From NCBI RefSeq assembly GCF_006345805.1, contig NC_042998.1:137888001-137952000 (forward strand): 64,000 nucleotides of DNA, in the 5' to 3' direction. The translations under genes and the position numbers were made by a program. The stretch is from Octopus sinensis (lineage: Eukaryota). Under the pieces are notes generated by a model. That model was not told where the DNA came from. It saw nothing but the letters and a program-made list of their open reading frames with translations, and did no database searches. Within the stretch, counting starts at the first letter, position 1. Each line of letters begins with the position of its first letter. Shown here piece after piece: positions 1 through 11,983 of the stretch.

Positions 1-248
1 ATGATGCTTTTTACTTGTCACCGTAAAAAGCACCTTTAGCGCATTGGGCCTCATGGAAGCAGTGATAGGCATCTGAGATATTATATTAGGCTTGGCTGTG
101 TGGCAAGAACTTTGCTTCCCAATCACATATTTTCAGGGTTCAGTCCCACTACATGGCACTTTGGGTATGTGTCTTCTACTATAGCTGTGGTCTAATCAAA
201 GCCTTGTGTGTTGGTCGACGGAATGTGAAAGAAGCCAGTCATATATCT

Positions 249-279
<31 letters not shown>

Positions 280-504
280 CTGCGTGCCTGCGCACATGTT
301 TGTGCTTGTATTACTGTATCTTGACATTGCATGATAGTTGTAAAAGTGTCACTGTCATGCAAGCATTGTCCTTCATTTCCAATTTTCAATAATAGACATA
401 CAAGTCTGGTCATATTGCCATACTTGGATAGCATCATTCAAAGCGCATTGTGACTAGTGATGTGTGACAAGATCTGATAGTCTGGTCAGTCACATGATCA
501 TGTG

Positions 505-555
<51 letters not shown>

Positions 556-558
<3 letters not shown>

Positions 559-711
559 TTAATGATAATAAGGGAACTGATTTTTTCACATCCATAATTT
601 TATTTAACAGTTCTTTACAACATCTTTTTGGGACCCGAAATGATTCTGTAAATAACTGTTAAATAAAATTATGGATGTGAAAAATCTCTGTTCTCCTATT
701 ATCATTAATAC
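556..711. mobile_element. 156-bp hairpin MITE flanked by TA
   Basis: ~69-bp inverted arms (gtattaatgataata..cacatccataattttatttaacagtt / aactgttaaataaaattatggatgtg..tattatcattaatac), adjacent to (TA)n. Confidence 0.6.
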
Positions 712-852
712 TATTACTGACTCTACGGTGCATATGCAATCCTGAACAGGAAACTTGGATTTACCTAGTGAGAAAAGTTACCAGAGCCTAACAATTTATT
801 GTTAGCTTGATAAGATCACACAGCAAAAATAGTCAAACATGGCTTAAATATT

Positions 853-1066
853 GGTTTCAGATTTTGGCACAAGGCCAGCAATTTCAGAGGAGGTGGCAGA
901 TTGATTACATCGAGCTCAGTGTTCAACTGGACTTATTTTATCACCTCAAAAGGATGAAAGGCAAATTGCATCTCAGCAGAATTTGAACTCAGAATGTACA
1001 GATAGGTGAAATGGTGCTTAGCATTTAACATGATGTGCTAATGATTTTACCAGCTTGCTGCCCTAA
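853..1066 (-). mobile_element. tRNA-derived SINE (family A) with 11-bp TSD GCTTAAATATT
   Basis: Head with A/B-box-like motifs (tggtaaaatc, gttcaaatt) and a central gcctttcatccttt..gataaaataagt.ccag block. Direct repeat at 842-852 and 1072-1082. Confidence 0.75.
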
Positions 1067-1879
1067 GCACTGCTTAAATATTAATTTGAAGAAAATATTT
1101 GATCAGTTACAGTAGCTGGTTAAATGTCTGACTGAAACCAGTATTTAAGCCATGTTTGAATATTTTTGCTGTGTGATCTCTTAAATAGCACTGGGTAAAC
1201 TGCAATATTAATGTTACAGTACTATTTGTGCTCTATCATTTCTAGTTTCTTTCAGTATTCAATTTTTAATGTTTGTTCCTTCAGTAGTTCTTTTAAAGAA
1301 ATGGTATAATATATTTGAAGAGGTTTTAGTATTTATGGAACAAAATAACTCAAGTATAGTAGAGCAGCAATAAATTTCAGCCAGCCTAATTTTGGCATGG
1401 AGATTCATTTCTTGATCGAATCATTTCTAAAAATGATTGATGTGGAGAAATCTTAGAATGCTGAACTAAATACTTTTCAGAATTTAGGTTAATCCTTTAT
1501 ATTCTGAGTTCAAAATCATGCTGGGGATCAACTTCCTTTCTAAGTATGAACCATTCATCAAGTTTCATTCAACCAATTAGGATTTGTGGCCTTGTACTAA
1601 CCAGTATCAGGAAACATTGATATAATTGGATCAAATAGGATTAAAATGTTCTGGAGTCATTAAGTCTGTTTACATTTTCCTTCTACTTATCATTTCCACA
1701 TGATTGATTTTGACTGTGGTGTTCTGTAGAGATATTTTAGTTGAAGATGTCAATCAACTTGACACTTTGGCACTCTGCCATCTGGCCATTACTGTTTCAT
1801 ATTATACACAGTTAGGTAATTTATTCTTGCTTACAGGTGAAAAATAGGTTTGGAATAGCATCTCCTCACACCATAGTTA

Positions 1880-2053
1880 CACCACCACTGCCACTGCCGC
1901 CACCGCCACTGCCACCACCACCACCACCACCACCACCACCTCTTCTTCTTCTTCTTCTTCTTCTTCTTCTTCTTCTTCTTCTTCTTCTTCTTCTTCTTCT
2001 TCTTCTTCTTCTTCTTCTTCTTCTTCTTCTTCTTCAATAGTAGCAGTAGTAGT
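1880..2053. repeat. Compound microsatellite (CCA/CCG)n-(TTC)n-(TAG)n
   Basis: Visible directly in the sequence. Confidence 0.95.
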
Positions 2054-2574
2054 AGTGTATCAAAATACTGCTTCTTTCCAAGCAGTAACCATTGTATCTA
2101 TGATGAGGCCCAGTAATCTGTTATCTGACCTGATCCTTTCATCTCATATTTTCCTTAGTCTTCTTCTGTTTCTCTTCATTGTTTCTCTTTCACATGTCTC
2201 TCTTTCCCCCAGTATGCATTGTCCATTTACTTTAACTCTTCATACCAGCTCAGCCAGCATTTTTGCTTTCTTATCCCTCCTATTTATCCATGTTCCTCTC
2301 CTATCTGGCTGAATTGTTTGAATGTCATAAAAGTGCTTTACAGTATATGTTCTCGATTTTTAGGTTCTAAATTCAAATTCCACCTAGGCCAAATTTGCCT
2401 TTTATCTTTTGGAGGTCAATAAAATAAAGTACCAGTTAAGTATTAGGCTTGTTAGCATTGTCTCTCTTGCCCTCAAAATTGCTGGCCTTGTGCCTAAATC
2501 AGAATTATTATATCACACTAGCAGAAAACTGCCTAGAGGGTAGTATTTCTGTGAGTAATAATAATAAATCATCA

Positions 2575-2810
2575 TCATCATCATAGTTTAATGCTTGCTT
2601 TCCATGTTGGCATGGGTTGGCCGGTTTGACTGAAGACTGGCAACCCAGGAGGCCCAACGTTTGAAGTTTGTGCATCACCACCTCATCCCAGGTCTTTCTA
2701 GGTCTACCACTTCCACAGGTTCCCTCCACTGTTGGAATGTGACACTTCTTCATATGTTACATATGACCATACCAGTGCAGTCATCTCTCTTGCACACCAC
2801 ATCTGATAAT
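2575..2810 (-). mobile_element. RTE LINE 3' end
   Basis: CHIPTVEGTCGSGRPRKTWDEVV, then the common 3' UTR (ccatgccaacatggaaagc) and a (GAT)n tail. Confidence 0.7.
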
Positions 2811-2819
2811 AGGAATAAT

Positions 2820-3097
2820 AATGATTTGAAATTTTAGCACAAGGCCAGCAATTTAGTGGGAGAGACAAAGTCAATTACATTGATCCCAGTGCTCAACCAG
2901 TACTTGTTTTATTGACCCCAGAAAGTTGAATGGTAAAGTTGATTTCAGCAGAATTTGAACTCAGAATGTAAAGATGGATGAAATGCTGCAAAGCATTTTG
3001 CCTGACATACTAAATAATAATAATAATATTAATAATAATGATAATAATAATAATAATGATAATAATAATAATAATAATGATAATAATGATAATAATG

Positions 3098-3137
<40 letters not shown>

Positions 3138-5170
3138 GTTTCAAATTTTGGCATAGGGTCAGCAGTTTCTGAGAAAAGTGGAAAGTTGATTACTTCAACC
3201 CTAGTACTTACCTGGTACTTCATCAACTCCGAAAAGATGAAAGGCAAAGTGGACCTTGGTCAAATTTGAACTCAGAATGTAAAGATAGAAAAAAAAATGC
3301 TGCTAAGCAATTTGCCCAGCATGCTAATGATTTTTCCAGTTTGCTGCCTTTAATAATAATAGTTTCAAATTTTAGCACAAGGCCAGCAATTTCAAGGAGG
3401 TGGCAAGTCATCCCAGTGCTTGACTGGTACTTATTTTATCAAATCTGGAAGAATGAGAGGCAAAGTCAACCTTGGCAGAATTTGAACTGTAAATGTAAAG
3501 ACAGACAAAATGCTGTTAAGCATTTGGACCGGCATGTTAATGAGTCTGCCAGCTTGCTGCTTTATTCAATAATAATAATAATTCTTTCTGCTGTAGGCAT
3601 AAGGCCTAAAATTTGTGGGAAGTGGGTTAGTTGATCAGATTGACTCCAGTACTTGTCAGACAAAATGCTTAGTGGTGTTTCTTCCTGCTTTATGTTTTGA
3701 GTCCAGTTGCCACTGTGGTTAACTTTACCTTTCATCCTTTTAGGATGAATAAACTGAAATAAAGTACCGGTCAAGTACTGGGATCAGTGTAACTGATTAG
3801 CCCCCTCCTCCACAATTTCAGAACTTGTGCCTTTATTAGAAAGACATATTAAGGCAGCCAGCAGACAGAATTGTTAGCATGTTCGACAAAGTACTTTGTG
3901 GTATTTCTTCCAGCTCTTTAGTTTCTGGGTTTAAATCTTGCTGACATCAACTTAACCTTTCAGGGTTGATAAAATCAAGTGCTAGCCAAGTACTGGGGTC
4001 AGTGGTATTAACTAATCCCCCACTCTAAAATTGCTAACCTTGTGCCAAAATTTAAAATCATTATCATCATTGTCATCATTATTATTATTGAGTTGGTAAG
4101 CTGGCAAAATGCTTCATTCATCTTTACCTTGTGAGCTTAAAATTTCACAGAGATAGACTTTGCCTTTCATCCTTTCAGGGTCGATAAAATAAGTACCAGC
4201 TGAACACTGTGTTTGATGTAATCAACTTACCCTTCTCCCCCAAAATTACTGGCCTTGAAACCATTTGAAACCATTATTATTATTATAATTAAGGAAGCCA
4301 GCCAGCAGAATCATTAGCATGCAGGACAAAATGGTTAGTGGCATTTTGTTTGTCTTTGCATTGTGAGTTCAAATTCTGCCAAGGTTAACTTTGTCTTTCA
4401 TCCTCTTGGGAGGGTCAATAAAATAAGTACCAGTTGAGTAAGGCATTTGATGTAATCAACTAGGTTCCTAATTCCTCATTCCCAACCAATTTCAGGCCTT
4501 GTGCCTATAGTAAAAAGGATTGTTATTATTGTAACTAAGGGAATGAGTGGGAAGAATCATTAGCATATCAGATATAATGCTTAGTGGCATTTTGTCTGTC
4601 TTTACATTCTGAAGGTCCCTAAGGTGTTTTGTCTGTCTTTACATTCTGAGGTTACTAAGGTTGACTTTGTCTTTCATCCCTTCTAGGTTGATAAAATAAA
4701 TATCACTTAAGCATAGGGTTCAATGTAATCGTCTAGCCCCCCCCCCCATTTCAGGCCTTGTGCCTATAGTACAAAGAATTACTATTATTAGATAGATTAA
4801 GGTAGTGGATTTGTAGAGTTGTTAAATTATAAGAAAAAATAGCATGCAGTATTTTGTTACAGTCCGTTATGTTTTGAGATCAAATTCTTGCCAATCACCC
4901 TTGCCATTCGTCGTTTTGAGGGCTTAATAAAATAAAGTACCAGGTAAGTGCTGGGGTAGATGTAATCGGCTGTTCCTCTCTCTTATATTTCTTATCTTGT
5001 ACCTAATTTTGAAACAATTATAGATTTATTACATAGTCTCGAATTTGTGGAGACAACGGTCAATTATATCCTCTGAGTGTTTGATTAGTACGTTTTTGAT
5101 TTTATCAACCCAAAAAGGATGAAAGGCAAAATTAACCCCCATAGGACTTGACTTTAAAATGTAATAAGAT
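2820..5170. mobile_element. Cluster of about 10 family-A SINE copies in both orientations, separated by (AAT)n/(ATT)n
   Basis: Repeated blocks aatttgaactcagaatgtaaaga / actttgcctttcatccttt / ggccttgtgcc. Further copies occur at about 8110-8320, 31010-31410, 35515-35710, 38140-38375, 44280-44470, 47680-48000 and 49200-49380. Confidence 0.8.
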
Positions 5171-6435
5171 GCAACAAAACACCCTTAAAGCATTATGTTT
5201 TACTCTTGACTGCACATAAAAACACAAACATCGGTAGTTGCAATTTTTTGTTTCAAGGGAAATAATCGCAATGTCAGAAAAAAGAATTATTTCCCTTGCT
5301 CTAGAGGCTGAATTTTTTTTTTTTTCTTGAAAATTTCAAGAAAAATTACACAAAAATTTACCTATTGAGGTGATTCTGTATCAGACTTGTGAGCTGATAA
5401 TCACAAAAAGCGTTTCCTGAGTGGATGACGATATGAAAGTTTTGAAGTTTATTTTTCAAGAGAATCTGTTCATTTCTAACGAGGATAGTAGTATATTTTG
5501 ATTAGGTTATTACGAAGGTTTTCTGTATTTCATATAGCTCTTAGGTGACACTTGATGGAGGATCATCTTAAAATATATTACTATTACGAACACATATATG
5601 TATACATACGGGTAAATAATATAAGAGATTATTGTAAGTAAAATCACACATTGAGTATTGTTTATGTAGATTTACGTATGCATTTATTTATATCTAAGTG
5701 AAGGCACGTGGCTTAGTGGTTAGGGTATTTGGCTCATAATTGTATGGTTGTGAGTTCAATTCCTAGTGGTGCTTTGTCTCTTTGCGCAAGACACTTTATG
5801 TCATTTTTGCTCTAGTTCACTCAGCTGGTAAGAAATGAGTTCTACCTGAATTTTAAAGGCCCAGCCTTGTCAAATTCTGTGTCTTGCTGAATCTCTCTCA
5901 GAGCTATGTTACAGGTATGCGTATCTGTGGGGTGCTCAGCCACTTGCACGTCAATTTCACGAGCAGGCTGCTCCATTGATCAGATCAGCTGGAACACTTA
6001 TCGTTATCTGTATCTAAATACTCATTTTCATGTGTAAAATGTTTTAAAAGAATTATTAAAATTTATATTAAAAGTTAAAATAGCCATCTATGTATCATAC
6101 ATATTGTATATACAACATCGATAGGCCAGTTGCTGCAGTATTTGTCCTGAAATAACATCTCTTATGGACATACCGTGTTAAAAATACAATATATATTGGA
6201 GAGAGAGAGAGAGACAAAAAAAAAAAAAAATGAACCCACCCCAGCAGCAGTTTTTACAAGTGCTAGATGTATTTCGGCTGTTTTGAGATACATTCTTGAA
6301 TGAGAATTCAACACGACTGATATAAGAAAAAGTGAATAGAACATACAATGCTTTTGTGAATAGCCACCCATACAATTGAAGATTATTAAACTAAAATAGC
6401 TGTATATGTATATATGTAAAACAAAGCAGGAAAGT

Positions 6436-6701
6436 GGAAATTTTTGGTATTATTTATTTTCCATTACACATATTTCATTTGCTAATAGGAATTACCAAGT
6501 TTTACATATTAGATAGATATGTAAAGAATTTCCAATGAGAAATTCTTCAGACAAAAAAAAAAAATTATAATATAATTATGAAATTATAATCATAACTTTT
6601 TTTTCTCTGTCTGAAGCATTTCTCGTAGGAAATTCCTTACATGTCTCTTATTACCAAATGGAACATGTGTAATGGAGAGTAAATAATACCAAAAAATTTC
6701 C
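6436..6701. repeat. Imperfect AT-rich foldback
   Basis: ggaaatttttggtattattta..ccattacacat..gagaaattcttcagaca pairs with tgtctgaagcatttctc..atgtgtaatgg..taaataataccaaaaaatttcc; one arm has an indel. Confidence 0.7.
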
Positions 6702-7021
6702 AATTCTCTGTTTTGTAATACACTAACTCTGCAAGTAATATTTCCATAATTCTCAATCTTAATATGTATTTTGACTAACATACAGCAACAATTTTGACTA
6801 CATATTGGATTGTAATAATGGAATAAGATGATGTGCTTCAAGAGGAAACAGCTGGGGTTTACTCTAACTACCTATAATATATATATGTGTGTGTGTGTGT
6901 GTGTATGTGCTATTTAATGTATATACACTGTTCATAGGCAAATTATTGCAGTATTTGTCCTGTGATAACACCTTTTATAGACAAATGCTGTAGTAAAATG
7001 CCTTTCAATAATATATACACA

Positions 7022-7537
7022 TCTATATATATAAAACTAGTTGTGTGAGTGTCTGTCCCCTTCGATTTAGATTTCTAACTACTCCCACATTTTGCGGTGC
7101 AGTTTAACCAAATTCGGGTATCTTATAGTCGTGATTCATATCGAGCCCGTCTGAGTATTAGCGCGCGTCTACGATGAGTCTACGATTTTTAAAATAATTT
7201 AACATCATTTTTTTATTCCATTTTAATGCATAATTTTTCGTGTGTCGATGGCGGCGGAGTTGGCGTCCACGCTCAAACACCTGCACCTGTGTTTGCTTCT
7301 CCCCCTTCTTCCCTCCCTCGTGAAGCTGTGGGGAAGGGAGTTTAGGGAAATCAACGTCGTAATGCGTTGTCAAGGAGATCAGCGTTCTTTTAGAACAACG
7401 ACTTCATGGCTTGAAAACACCAAAACAGAAATGGCTAAGAAAGCCCGAATTGGCATCTATAAAGGAAGTAACTCTCTAAAAATGCTTATATAGTTATTTC
7501 CCTTACAAACCCGAGCAACGCCGGGCGATACTGCTAG
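7022..7537 (+). mobile_element. Non-autonomous Helitron (516 bp)
   Basis: A|TCTATATATATAAAACTAG 5' end; subterminal GC hairpin CCCGAGCAACGCCGGG; CTAG|T 3' end; no TSD; CpG-rich relative to flanks. Confidence 0.8.
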
Positions 7538-8339
7538 TTAAATATAATAGAAAGATGGCTATTTTAATATACTGCCTCAATTGTGTATACCAGGTTGTTA
7601 AAAGTTGTTACAGCATTGGATAGAATGCTATGTGGTATTTGTTCCATGGTCCATGCTCTGAGTTCAAATCCCACCATAGTCAACTTTGTGTTTCCATTTT
7701 TTGCAGGTGACAAAGTACCTGCTCATTGTTGGGGTCAATTCTTTTTCTTCTCTCTGTCTCTCATTCCCTTTGGAAGAAATCAGCTATGATCAGACATACA
7801 GAGGGATCGGCTTCAACAAGTTTAATATGCCCAAAACATTACCCTATGTTTGTTAAGGGATGATGGTCCAAAATAGTGTTATTCATAGGGGTAGATTCAT
7901 GGTGTTTTTTTATTGTTTTTATATCTGTAATAATTTTGCCTGGGTATATCTTAGTTAATTTACCAATTTATGCTTTAGTAGGGTTTAATAGCCTACAGGT
8001 GTAATTATGGGTAAATTTTTGCTTGTGGTCTTTAAGTGCTTTGCAAGGTATATGAGTGTTTGGTGTTCAACTCTGCCATCTGTGTCTAATCCAGTTGCTA
8101 ATATTTTGGAGCAAGCTGGTGGAATTGTTAGCACGCTGGGAAAAATGCTTAGTAGCATTTTCTCCATCTTTACATTCTGAGTTCAAATTCCGCCAAGACT
8201 GACTTTGCCTTTCATCCTTTTGGGGTTGATAAAATAAGTACCAGTTGAGCACTGGAGTCAATGTAATTGACTTACCTCTCCCTTGAACTTGCTGGCTTTG
8301 TGCCAAAACTTGAAACCAATATTTTGTTCATGATTTATT

Positions 8340-8800
8340 GAAATGAAAATATCCTGATTAGTTTTTGTTTATACATGTATTTGTTATGCTGCTTGCCTGA
8401 GTGGAAGTTTTTGTATGTCTGATTGTCGGTTTCATATGAATTGTTTGATTTGTCAGGTTGTAAAAAGTGTGCTTTTGAAGTTTTTGATTTTGTTTTAATA
8501 TTGCTCTTGAGAGTTTGTTGGAAGCTGCTAGTATAAGTTTTATTAAATCTTACCCTGTTTATTAGGTTGAAGAGATTGGATTCGAACTGGTCCAGTAGTT
8601 TGGTAGTTTGTTGCTGGGAGCATTAGCATATCTTGAAGCCATTGTTGTTTTCAAGGGTAGGTTCAAGTTATCTTTTTCAAAGAATAACACTTTCTGCCTC
8701 ATTCTTTAGATGAGACACTTTGTGTATGTTTTATTTGTTGGAATGTGTGTTCTTAGTTGATGATCCAGTCAAATATCGTTTCATGATTCGACCACCATTC
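8340..8800 (-). mobile_element. Penelope-like element relic (pre-RT region)
   Basis: The minus frame gives NGFKIC*CSQ..LLDQFESNLFNLINRVRF..SSFQQTLKSNIK..QPDKSNNSYETDNQTYKN. This matches the recalled PLE motif GFKS..PP..FExDL..LI..IxF..FQ..L..DI..ADKSxNxY. Confidence 0.5.
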
Positions 8801-10211
8801 TGCTAGATAGCAAAGAGTGTTTAATGGAGGATAGTATATAATGGATGATTGTATCAAAATGGTGTGAGGTAGTCATGTAATTCCTCTACAGCAAGAAATC
8901 TATTCTGCTCTGACTCCTTTCTGTCATACTTTAACTCTTCATCTACCATAAAGCCCCATTCCCTTGGGGTTCATGGTCTCACAAGTTATCTGGAGACCTC
9001 ACTAATACTGAAGCCACACACATGCATGCATGTGCACACACACACACACACATGTAAAAAAACACTCAGTACACACAGTAAAGTGGTTGACATTAGGAAG
9101 GGGATCCAGCCATAGAAACCATACTAAGGCTGACACTGGGGCATGATACAATTCTTGTACTAACTGGATTCAGTTAAACCATTAACTTATATCAGCATGG
9201 AACATTGATGTTACTGATGATGATGATGATGAAAATAGATATAAAGATAAAGATCCTTCATGAGTCATATAGATTCATAAAGCCGTTTTTCTGATTCCCA
9301 TGGTGTGTATATTCCCCATCTGGATGGGAAGCCAGTTCATTGCAGGATGATGAAAATAATACTTTTTTAATAGTTAGGGTTAATTTTTATTCAAATCTGA
9401 GTTTGTATGAGTAGCTAACCAGAGTTTCTCATTCCTAATCATCAGACAATTCTCGACGTGATATTTAATGTATTCTTATTCACACATCAGTTGTGTGTGT
9501 TTTAGTTATGCTGTAGTATCATCATCATTTTAGCTTGCACTTTTCCATGCTTGCACTGGAGTTGATTCATTGGACTAAAAAATACTCTAAGGCAGTACTC
9601 CAGCATGGCTGTAGTCCAATAACTGAAGCAGGTAAAAGGTAAAAAAAGGTAAAATCATGTCTATAAGGTCACTACAAAACACCATCTGAACTCCCACTCC
9701 CTATTAATTGTAGCCATCATTGCACACATGTAAATGCATCATCATTATTTTATTCCTGCTTTCCATGCTGGCATGGGTTATGTGAATTGTTTTGGTCTAA
9801 GCCTGTTCTTGAAAACTTGAAGTAAATATTTTGCCCTTTTGAATATTCCGGTGGATGGAATTTTAGGTTTTGTGTGTGTATGCATGTGTATGAGTGTATG
9901 TATGTACTTAGGTTTTGTATTAATAGAAACATTTACTAGATATTCTTTGACTGGTTTCTGCCACTTCAGTATGTGGGTTCATTTCATCTCCACCATTCCT
10001 GATAGCCTGTTTTATATTCTCCTTGCATCTCACCTTAAACTCTTTAGTGTATAAACCAGCTATATCCAGTCTAAATATTCTACCCACTTTGTGTTCAAAC
10101 CTACCAGATCTGGTCTCTCATACATACCCTACATAGTCATTGTAAAAATGAATTATCACGTCATCAAAATCTCAAAGCTATGAGATGATTAATTCAAAAC
10201 AACATGATTGA

Positions 10212-10430
10212 CCCTTTCGTTACCAACCTGGCTGAAACCGGCTCTGGCTCTGAGTACAAATGTCTTATTTTCATAAGTTTTGAATTAAAATCTTCCACCA
10301 AACCTTAGTCACAATTTATGTTTCTAACACAAGTTGAATGATAACTAAGTTATTTTACTAAATTCTTTGTTGTATTTAAAATAATTGAAAGAAACACTGA
10401 GCATCTCAAAATAAACATAGTAACGAAGGG
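10212..10430. mobile_element. piggyBac-type MITE
   Basis: TTGA|CCCTTTCGTTAC ... GTAACGAAGGG|TTAA: CCC/GGG termini and a TTAA-like target. Confidence 0.6.
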
Positions 10431-10579
10431 TTAAATAAGCATTAAATTTGACTGAGTAATCTGAATGCTAAAATGTTAAATCTTTTAAACAACTTTACCT
10501 TTTACTCTATTCCCACAAATGCTATCACTATTGCATCACAGATTCTTATAGATATTGATAAAGTAAATAATGTGTTTAA

Positions 10580-10794
10580 CCCTTTAACATTCAGATTACT
10601 TTGTCAAATGTAATGCTTATTATTTCGCACTGTTTTGAATTAATCAGGTGATATTTTGTAGCTTTGGGATTTTAATGATATGATTGTATGCTTTTAAAAT
10701 GAGATTGTAGGTGTGAGAGATGGGATCTGACTGATTTGAGCATACAAAAGGTAGAATATTAGGGTTGGATATGACCAGTTTAAATGCTAAAGGG
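10580..10794. mobile_element. piggyBac-type MITE ending 30 nt upstream of the KIF24 acceptor
   Basis: TTAA|CCCTTTAACATT ... AATGCTAAAGGG|TTAA. Confidence 0.65.
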
Positions 10795-10824
10795 TTAAAT
10801 ATTTTTTTTAAATTACTTTTACAG

Positions 10825-11040
10825 AGGACAAGCAACCATCTTTACATATGGCCAGACTGGAGCTGGTAAGACATTTACAATGATGGGTTCTGAAGACATC
10901 CCAGGTTTATATCTATTAGCAGCAACAGATATTTTCTCTGTTATCAACAACAACACTTATGGTAGTGGGTTCCATGTGTGGCTGAGTTATTATGAAATTT
11001 ATTGCAGTCAACTCTTTGATCTTCTTAATGGAAGAAAACG
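10825..11040 (+). CDS. KIF24: Kinesin-13 (KIF24-like) motor-domain exon containing the P-loop; first exon visible in the window
   Basis: ttttacag|A GGA CAA GCA...AAA CG|gtgagg. Translates to GQATIFTYGQTGAGKTFTMMGSEDIPGLYLLAATDIF...VWLSYYEIYCSQLFDLLNGRKR. 216 nt, phase 2/2. Confidence 0.93.
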
Positions 11041-11130
11041 GTGAGGACAAAAAAACATTATATACTCATGCCTTTCTGATTTATTTTTTTAATATTATGG
11101 TTGTCTTACAAGATGTTTATCAGTTGGCAT

Positions 11131-11401
11131 GAACCTGAAATCATGTGATTTGGATGTAAGCTTCTTACTACACAACTTTTTCAAGGTTCTAAAACTGCCT
11201 GAGATATTTGTGCTGGGTACAGAGGTGTTATTACTGAAAGGACTGCACAGAAGTAGTTTCAAGAAAAGCATAAAATGACTTCTGCGCAGTCCTTTCAGTA
11301 ATAACACCTCTGTACCCAGCATAAATATCTTGGGTGACTTTGGAACCTTGAAAAAGTTGTGTGGTAAGAAGTTTGCATCCTAATCACATGGTCTCTGGTT
11401 C
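11131..11401. repeat. Long inverted repeat (~120-bp arms, 23-nt loop) built partly from SINE heads
   Basis: 11142-11254 pairs with 11278-11390. The inner ~60 bp has only 2 differences. Confidence 0.85.
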
Positions 11402-11477
11402 AGTCCAACTGTAAGACATCTTGGGCAAGTATCTTCTGCTATAGCCTTGTGCTGACCAATGTGTTGTAAATGGATTT

Positions 11478-11962
11478 GGTGCCCCAGAATTATCTGTTTC
11501 AATGAAATTGAACAATTTTATGTTTATCATGTTTAATATATGTTAAAGGTGTATAAATTTTTTACTTATAATTTTTATAATTTGAAAAAAAATATTTTCA
11601 TTCCTGTTGGATTTTGTTTATCTGCTCATGACAGCTTCTTTTCAATTTGGCTGTAATCATGTTCTCTACCTCCATCTCCATGATGCAGCAATAGTTTAGC
11701 TGAACTTAAAGGATGCATTCAATTAGTAGTGCAGAAGATAACTCCTGAAATGCTTCAAAATGTGTTTCGCAATGCTAAAGATAGGTCTGAAATTTGCAGG
11801 GACACAGAAAGAGCACATGTTGGAAATTTTCAATAAAGTTTTGACATGATATTTATAAATCTATGTGTTTTGGTATCATAATTAAGTAGTAAATATAATA
11901 TTCTATCAGTTTTTTAAAATTTACCTGATTTCATTGAAATAGACAGTTAATTCTGGGACACC
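11478..11962 (+). mobile_element. Tc1/mariner deletion derivative (both TIRs + transposase C-terminus)
   Basis: TIRs ggtgccccagaattatctgtttcaatgaaat / atttcattgaaatagacagttaattctgggacacc. Internal ELKGCIQLVVQKITPEMLQNVFRNAKDRSEICRDTERAHVGNFQ*. Confidence 0.65.
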
Positions 11963-11983
11963 ATGGATGTATGTATGTATATA

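Noticed and set aside
1730-1815. Possible upstream KIF24 exon (DILVEDVNQLDTL...)
   Set aside because: It ends in phase 1 where phase 2 is needed and has no convincing match to the expected FxFDEVF..VY...PL segment. The 5' exons are probably outside the window.
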